A stretch of 64,000 bases of DNA, taken from the NCBI GenBank assembly GCA_963702005.1, contig OY969696.1:1472001-1536000 (forward strand), in the 5' to 3' direction. Source of the DNA: Candidatus Aminicenantes bacterium (GTDB lineage: Bacteria; Acidobacteriota; Aminicenantia; Aminicenantales; JAFGBC01). Each line of letters begins with the position of its first letter. The first letter of the stretch is position 1. Positions 58,407 through 64,000 of this stretch are shown piece by piece. The translations under genes were made by a program, and so were the position numbers. The notes below the pieces were generated by a model, which was not told where the DNA came from, made no database searches, and was given only the letters and a program-made list of their open reading frames with translations.

Positions 58407-61298
58407 ATGGCACAAGAAATGCTCTTCCCAGAAGGATCAAAATGGAGAAAATGGGACCTTCATATTCATAGTCCACTTTCTATACTTAATAATAAATATC
58501 CAAAATCTGCCAGTGGCAAGCCGGACTGGGGAGGCTTCATAGATAAACTAGAACGCTCGGACCTAGCTGTAATTGGAATTACAGACTATTTTTCTATCGA
58601 AGGCTATAAAAAGGTACTGGATCTTAAGAATAATGAGAAGAGATTATCGAACATATTCACCGTGCTTCCGAATATTGAATTTAGACTCAACAGTGTATTG
58701 TCTAGTAAAAAAAACGGGAGACATCCTCGAAGATTAAACTTCCATGTGATTTTTTCAGATGAGGTCTCTTGCCGAGACATCGAGGAGCATTTTTTACACG
58801 ATCTTCTTTTTTATTATGAAGGGAACCCTCAAGATAAAGACGAGAGACGAAAATTGAAATTATCTAATCTTAGGGAATTGGGGGCGAAACTCATATCTCA
58901 ACATAGCGGATTTGAAGGAAAGGATGCGCTTGAAGTTGGCGCAACGTGTGCAGTGGTCAACCATGAAGATATAACGGAAATTCTGAGTGGGGATAGCAGA
59001 TTTAAAGGGAAGTACATAATAGTTTTTCCTGAAGACCTATTCAGCCTGATAGATTGGGATGGACAGGATCACCATATAAGAAAAGGGGTGCTTCAGAAAT
59101 CGGATATGGTTTTTTCTTCTTCTCAAAAAACGATTCAGTGGTGCCTTGGGAAACCACCTTATCAGGAAGGCGAAAAGAAGTTTATTGAGGAGTTTAAGAC
59201 CCTGAAACCATGTGTTCACGGCTCTGACGCGCATCAAATTGAGGAAATTGCGGCTCCTTGTGCAAAAAGAGGAGAGCCGGATCATAAATGCGGAGAGTCT
59301 TCTTCAAAGTGCGAGATGAGGTACTGCTGGATCAAAGCTGATCCGATATTTGAGGGATTGAGACAGTTGCTTTATGAACCAGAAGAAAGAGTTAAGATTC
59401 AAGAAGATGACCCCACGCCTTCAAGAAGCAATATAACGCTGTCAAAAATCACCGTGCCGGGATCAGAAATTAATGAAGAGCTATCAATAGCTAAAACGGA
59501 AATAGATCTAAATATAGGCTTAGTGGCTGTTGCAGGAGGAAAGGGCACTGGGAAAACAGCCTTTGTTGATTTGATTGCGAATTGCTTTCAAGATCGCGTT
59601 AATACAGACGACAAGAACTCATTTGTGAAAAGAATAGTTGACCAAAAGCCTGATCTGGATGTTGAACTAGACTTTAAAAATAATATAATTTTCAAGAAAA
59701 AGATTAGGGATGATTCTTATTTCCAGGAGGGAGAGATATTATATATTGCCCAGGGCGAGCTCGAGCATTACATCGGAGAAGGATCTGATCTAGACAAGTA
59801 TGTAAATAATTTAATATTTCTTAATCCTAAGATCATAAATTCACTACAAAAATACGAATACTCGAAGATGGAAGCCGATCTCAAGGAAATAGAAGCGAAG
59901 ATACAAAAGAAGTCTGAGTCAATAGAGCGGCTAGAACAAGAAACTGTAAGTGCTGTTCTACGAGACGCCGAAATAAAAGAAAAACAGCTTCAGAATTCCC
60001 TGAGAGATATAAATCAGCGATTAGCTGAATTAGAAAAAAAGCTTAGTATCGATAAGGTAAAAATCGCCAAAGAAAAACAGGGAAGAATGGCTGAGTTAAA
60101 AACGAAAAAGGAATTATATGTTGGATTGAAAGAACAAATTGGATTAGCGATTAGTTTTTTTGATGAAGAATTAGTTGGATTAAATACGATAATAAGAAGG
60201 ATAAATAACATCCTCGAATCATTGGGGATCCCCGAAAAATATCCTGAGATTAATTATGCTGATCGCAGCAAATTGATAGAGCGGTCAAACCAAACCGATG
60301 GAATAGTTACGAAAATTATTGGAGAAATCGAAGTAATTCAAAAAGAGATAAACAAGTATGAGATTGGCATTCAAGATCATGCATCTCTGCTCAACAAGAA
60401 GAAAGACATAGAAACCTCAATAGAGAAAAGCAATACGAGGCTAAAGAACCTTGCTTTTAAGAAGACAAAGTTGTCTGAAGATATATTACAGAGAAAGAAC
60501 CTCTTCAAGGATATGATCATTGCAGTAGTGGCTCTAAAAACTAAATATGCAGAAGTTATAAAATTATTTTCCTCTCAAAAAGCCATAGTACTCTCCGATA
60601 TTGAATTCATCGCCGAGATGACGTTTGACGCTGAAGGTGTCTTGAAAAACGCAGAGGATGTATTAGATAACAGAAAGGTGATTGTCTACCCTGAAGGAGA
60701 TGGTTGGGTTTTTAAAAGAATGATAGAAATATATGGTCAAATAACGGCCGGAGATACAACAAAGGCTGACGAATTGGTTGAGGAAGTTGAGCGTCTAAAT
60801 AATGAATTGAAACCTAAAATTAAATCCTCAAGTGCAGTCAATGTGGGAGATTTCTATAAATTCTTATATACGAATTATTTAAATGTTCTTCCTGTCGTTA
60901 AGTATAAAAATACCAGGATCAATAAATTGTCGCTTGGACAAAAGGCGACAGTGCTTATAAAAATATATTTAGCTGAAGGAGATAATCCAATTATTATAGA
61001 TTCACATGATGAACACCTGGATAATGCGTATATCATGGAAGAATTAACAGGGTCGATTAGAGAAGCTAAAAAATATAGACAAGTGATCATGGTTTCAAAC
61101 AATGGCAACATAGTGGTAAATAGTGATGCGGAACAATTGATAATAGCGGAGCGGAATGATGAAGGAGAAATATCTTATATAGCTGGGTCAATCGAGAATC
61201 CTACCATACGAGAGAAAGCGATAAAAGTCTTAGAAGGCGGGCCGGAGGCATTTAAGAAACGACAGCAAAAGTATCGTATCTCTGGCTCAGCATTCTAA
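58407..61298 (+). CDS. PHP phosphoesterase + ABC/SMC-like ATPase (Ppl/TrlF-like)
   Basis: WRKWDLHIHSP, GITDY, HGSDAH, WIKADP; GGKGTGKT; coiled coil; LSLGQ, IIIDSHDEHLDN. Confidence 0.85.
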   Translation: MAQEMLFPEGSKWRKWDLHIHSPLSILNNKYPKSASGKPDWGGFIDKLERSDLAVIGITDYFSIEGYKKVLDLKNNEKRLSNIFTVLPNIEFRLNSVLSSKKNGRHPRRLNFHVIFSDEVSCRDIEEHFLHDLLFYYEGNPQDKDERRKLKLSNLRELGAKLISQHSGFEGKDALEVGATCAVVNHEDITEILSGDSRFKGKYIIVFPEDLFSLIDWDGQDHHIRKGVLQKSDMVFSSSQKTIQWCLGKPPYQEGEKKFIEEFKTLKPCVHGSDAHQIEEIAAPCAKRGEPDHKCGESSSKCEMRYCWIKADPIFEGLRQLLYEPEERVKIQEDDPTPSRSNITLSKITVPGSEINEELSIAKTEIDLNIGLVAVAGGKGTGKTAFVDLIANCFQDRVNTDDKNSFVKRIVDQKPDLDVELDFKNNIIFKKKIRDDSYFQEGEILYIAQGELEHYIGEGSDLDKYVNNLIFLNPKIINSLQKYEYSKMEADLKEIEAKIQKKSESIERLEQETVSAVLRDAEIKEKQLQNSLRDINQRLAELEKKLSIDKVKIAKEKQGRMAELKTKKELYVGLKEQIGLAISFFDEELVGLNTIIRRINNILESLGIPEKYPEINYADRSKLIERSNQTDGIVTKIIGEIEVIQKEINKYEIGIQDHASLLNKKKDIETSIEKSNTRLKNLAFKKTKLSEDILQRKNLFKDMIIAVVALKTKYAEVIKLFSSQKAIVLSDIEFIAEMTFDAEGVLKNAEDVLDNRKVIVYPEGDGWVFKRMIEIYGQITAGDTTKADELVEEVERLNNELKPKIKSSSAVNVGDFYKFLYTNYLNVLPVVKYKNTRINKLSLGQKATVLIKIYLAEGDNPIIIDSHDEHLDNAYIMEELTGSIREAKKYRQVIMVSNNGNIVVNSDAEQLIIAERNDEGEISYIAGSIENPTIREKAIKVLEGGPEAFKKRQQKYRISGSAF

Positions 61299-61417
61299 AT
61301 CTAAATTTGTCTTTGAAATCATCATCGGCAACTCATCTTGCGACTCAAATATGATCTATCTATGGCTGTATTCCGGGTCTTTGGCCTTCGATGTGAAAAC
61401 TTTCTCAGCATTGTCGG

Positions 61418-61990
61418 TCATAACAGGTCAAACAACAAGCTTGGTGCGATATCTGCTCCTTCTCCAAAATACGGGCATAGCTCACATTCGGGACATGTCG
61501 ACATATCTCTATCTTTACTTCCGCAAGATGTAGCAATTCTTTTCTTTATCTCTAGAGCCCTCAGATTCCTTAGGCCTTGGAATTCCTTGAATTTACGATA
61601 ACCTTTTGCTGCACGGCGATACCATTTCACGAAATCTTCGACGTCGATGTGGATAATAGTCTGGGGTAACTTTTTCTTAATATCCCTTGGCGGCTTGAAG
61701 GGGCTCAGAACGACCAAAACATTTGCGCCCCTAAAACGCGGGTCTTTATGATGTCCATGCTTTATATATAATTCACAGGTTTTTTCAACTTCTACGATAA
61801 CCTCCATGCCTTCAAATACCGCTTTGAAGTCTGGCCCAAATTTAAAAGGTCCCTTAATCTTAGAAAAACCTAATTTTTTATAATTCTCTCTAACATATTC
61901 ATTAATCCAATATTCCCTAATGCCACCTTTCTCAGCACGTTCGTGTGCAGTTGGCTTTGTAGGTTGACTCGCAGCTTTTTCTTGCTTCAT
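61418..61990 (-). CDS. Restriction-endonuclease-like hypothetical protein
   Basis: GPDFKAVFEGMEVIVEVEK (PD-ExE-like); C-terminal Cys cluster. Confidence 0.5.
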   Translation of the reverse strand: MKQEKAASQPTKPTAHERAEKGGIREYWINEYVRENYKKLGFSKIKGPFKFGPDFKAVFEGMEVIVEVEKTCELYIKHGHHKDPRFRGANVLVVLSPFKPPRDIKKKLPQTIIHIDVEDFVKWYRRAAKGYRKFKEFQGLRNLRALEIKKRIATSCGSKDRDMSTCPECELCPYFGEGADIAPSLLFDLL

Positions 61991-62161
61991 GCAGCACCCT
62001 TAACTGATTTTCTCTCCATTGCTTCGCCATTGTCAATTCCTTTACTGAGTCTTTCTATGTGCTAGATTAAAAGTATACCAACCAGTCAATCCTTATCAAT
62101 TGATAAATTCTTGGCTCAAATCTATTATTGACTCCGGCTTTCAGTTGATACATCCAGCGCT

Positions 62162-62275
62162 ATGAACTGTCTCCTCTACGCCCGTGTCTCCACGGACAAA
62201 CATGTTCAAAAAGACCTATCTATCCTGCCCCCGATCGATATGAGGGAACACTTTGCTGAAGAGTCCGGCCTTTAA
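62162..62275 (+). pseudogene. Serine recombinase N-terminal remnant
   Basis: MNCLLYARVSTDKHVQKDLSI then stop after 37 aa. Confidence 0.7.
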
Positions 62276-62324
62276 TCACCTCTTCAAATTCGGGATCATA
62301 GCCTCTTTATTAGTCTCGAAAAAG

Positions 62325-62386
62325 GTTCTAACGTCCTCTACTGCGGTGTACTAAAATTGCCGAAATAGGCAAAAATTCCCTTCTTG
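62325..62386. repeat. att-like direct repeat, copy 1
   Basis: gttctaacgtcctctactgcggtgtactaaaattgccgaaataggcaaaaattcccttcttg. Confidence 0.85.
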
Positions 62387-62511
62387 TGTGAAGCATTATT
62401 TTAAATGAGTTAAAATGCGAGAATCACGCTACAACAGATAGATATTGGGAGGGCGGTAGTTTCCCCGTTTCCCCCTTTACTTTGTATTTATTTGTTATAT
62501 AATCAAAATAT

Positions 62512-63039
62512 ATGAGCCGATTAGAACAATTTCTATTATTTGTCCTAGACAGAGCTCATAGGATCGGAATTAAAGACCTATCCCGTTTTCAGTTATTCAA
62601 GATATCCTATATTATTCAGGTACTGTCTTTAAAATACGCTGGTAAAGAATTTATCCCGAATTTAGTATTCGTTAGGCATAAACATGGACCGATATCTACG
62701 GATATATATCATGCGATAGATGATTTATATAAGAAAAAATATATTAGTAGAGAAATTAGTAAGAAAGAAGACTATGAATTTGCCCGTCATGGCCATAAAT
62801 TAATCAAGAAAATCCCCAGATTGAACTTTAGTAAAGGGGAAACTGTTTTTTTGGATAATTTTCTGTCGGAGTTATTGCCGTTATCTCAAAATAAGTTGAA
62901 ACAATACGCTTACACAACCGAACCGATGAAAGAAATCTTGAAAAAGGAAAAAGGCGAGATTAAGACAGGAGTAGTTATTGATTTTTCAACCGTTATTGTT
63001 GATCCAGATGTCGTAAATAGCTATGCTGACGAATTATGA
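62512..63039 (+). CDS. Panacea/SocA (DUF4065)-like antitoxin
   Basis: QLFKISY, FVRHKHGPIS, LKQYAYTTEPM. Confidence 0.7.
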   Translation: MSRLEQFLLFVLDRAHRIGIKDLSRFQLFKISYIIQVLSLKYAGKEFIPNLVFVRHKHGPISTDIYHAIDDLYKKKYISREISKKEDYEFARHGHKLIKKIPRLNFSKGETVFLDNFLSELLPLSQNKLKQYAYTTEPMKEILKKEKGEIKTGVVIDFSTVIVDPDVVNSYADEL

Positions 63040-63461
63040 GTTTTTCTGTCGGCGACATTCCCTTTTTTAAAGAATACCAGTTTACTGATACTGGACGATT
63101 CGCCCCTCATTTTGGGCTAGTACTTCTACCAGAAACCGCGACTAAATATCAGAATAGTCTTTTGTGTTGTGTAATTACCTCACGTGAACCTAAAAGAATC
63201 AAATGGAGTTTATTGTTGGAATGTTCCAAATATAGTTGTTTTTCGAAAAATAGTCATGCTTGTTTCGATAGAAAGGACCTCGTTTCTAAGAGCGGCCTCG
63301 GAGATAATCCTCAACCTAAAGCGCGACTGTGCGTGGATGATCTTAAGAGAGCTTATAAAATATTAAGAAGCTCTCTTTTTGTCATAAGAGATATTGCGAA
63401 TGATCCTTATATGCGAGGCGTAATTATTTATGAGTGGAAGAAGGCACTGGGGAAAAACTAG
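63036..63461 (+). CDS. Putative toxin, possibly PemK/MazF-like fold
   Basis: ATGA-coupled to the antitoxin; VGDI...FTD...PHFGLVL...CVITS. Confidence 0.5.
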   Translation: MSFSVGDIPFFKEYQFTDTGRFAPHFGLVLLPETATKYQNSLLCCVITSREPKRIKWSLLLECSKYSCFSKNSHACFDRKDLVSKSGLGDNPQPKARLCVDDLKRAYKILRSSLFVIRDIANDPYMRGVIIYEWKKALGKN

Positions 63462-63516
63462 TTGAATTTTGTCCCAGGATTACGCATCGGACTCTCTAAC
63501 GTTTGATTTGAAATAA

Positions 63517-63577
63517 GTTCTAACGTCCTCCACGGTGGTGTACAAAATTGCCGAAACAATCAAAAATACCCGCCTTG
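63517..63577. repeat. att-like direct repeat, copy 2
   Basis: gttctaacgtcctccacggtggtgtacaaaattgccgaaacaatcaaaaatacccgccttg. Confidence 0.85.
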
Positions 63578-63668
63578 CTACGGAGAGTAGGTTTTTATAA
63601 TTAATAAGTAAGATTAAGAAAATCGTTTGTGCTTAATTATAAGAAATAGGGTGTGGATAAATAACCTC

Positions 63669-63711
63669 TTGACAATATAAGTTACATAAGATATCATTCC
63701 CAATATGGGAA
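63669..63711 (+). promoter_or_regulatory. sigma70 promoter plus palindromic operator of higB
   Basis: TTGACA-17 nt-TATCAT followed by palindrome TTCCCAATATGGGAA. Confidence 0.7.
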
Positions 63712-63747
63712 CATATGCTAATGTAATATATTGTTCCACGGTAAGAA

Positions 63748-64000
63748 ATGAAACTAATAGGAAAATCAATATTAGACGAATTCAAACAAAAGCATGCCGA
63801 TGCTCGACCACAAATTGATTCTTGGGAAGCAGAAGTTAAGGAAGCAGAATGGAAAACCCCGCAGGATCTCAAAAACAGGTATCCCAAGGCTAGTATTTTA
63901 AGTAAGCAGCGTGTTGTTTTTAATATTTATGGAAATAAATATAGATTGCTAGCACTAGTCACCTATAAGACAGGAGTAGTATTGGTAATTAAAATAGGAA
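63748..64000 (+). CDS. higB: HigB-family toxin, truncated by the window end
   Basis: WEAEVKEAEWKTPQDLKNRYPKASIL...RVVFNIYGNKYRL. Confidence 0.88.
   Translation, partial: MKLIGKSILDEFKQKHADARPQIDSWEAEVKEAEWKTPQDLKNRYPKASILSKQRVVFNIYGNKYRLLALVTYKTGVVLVIKIG

Larger units (their letters stand above)
37546..64000. mobile_element. Serine-recombinase integrative element/genomic island inserted in comM; right end not in window
   Basis: Abrupt drop in GC at the comM break; recombinase at the junction; cargo, defence and TA genes; comM 3' half not seen. Confidence 0.85.

Noticed and set aside
62325-63577. Classical integron attC sites
   Set aside because: CTAAC is present but there is no matching GTTRRRY end or long palindrome, and no IntI in the window

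Overview
The window has two halves. Bases 1 to ~37,545 are GC-rich chromosomal DNA of what looks like an anaerobic bacterium. They hold an ECF sigma/anti-sigma locus, two LeuCD/homoaconitase-type enzymes, an ATP-citrate-lyase-like pair, an isocitrate/isopropylmalate dehydrogenase, tsaB-rimI-truA, four GT4 glycosyltransferases, a ~12 kb Mrp-linked group-4 [NiFe]-hydrogenase operon headed by an NAD(P)H-type module, an MglA-like GTPase and comM. comM is cut at its conserved AAMNPC|PCG motif by a visibly AT-richer integrative element carrying a large serine recombinase; this element appears to run past the window end. Its cargo includes a complete His-Xaa-Ser (Hxs) radical-SAM locus with two precursors, one fused to a ~145-aa extra domain. 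It also carries a K+ channel, a GT-C-like membrane protein, several exported nuclease/DNA-binding proteins, an IS200-type element splitting a small gene, a DUF932/PH/coupling-ATPase/PD-(D/E)XK block and a PHP-ATPase (Ppl-like) defence candidate. At the far end are toxin-antitoxin genes separated by ~62-bp att-like direct repeats that look like a cassette array. All calls come from motifs read by eye; no database searches were run.
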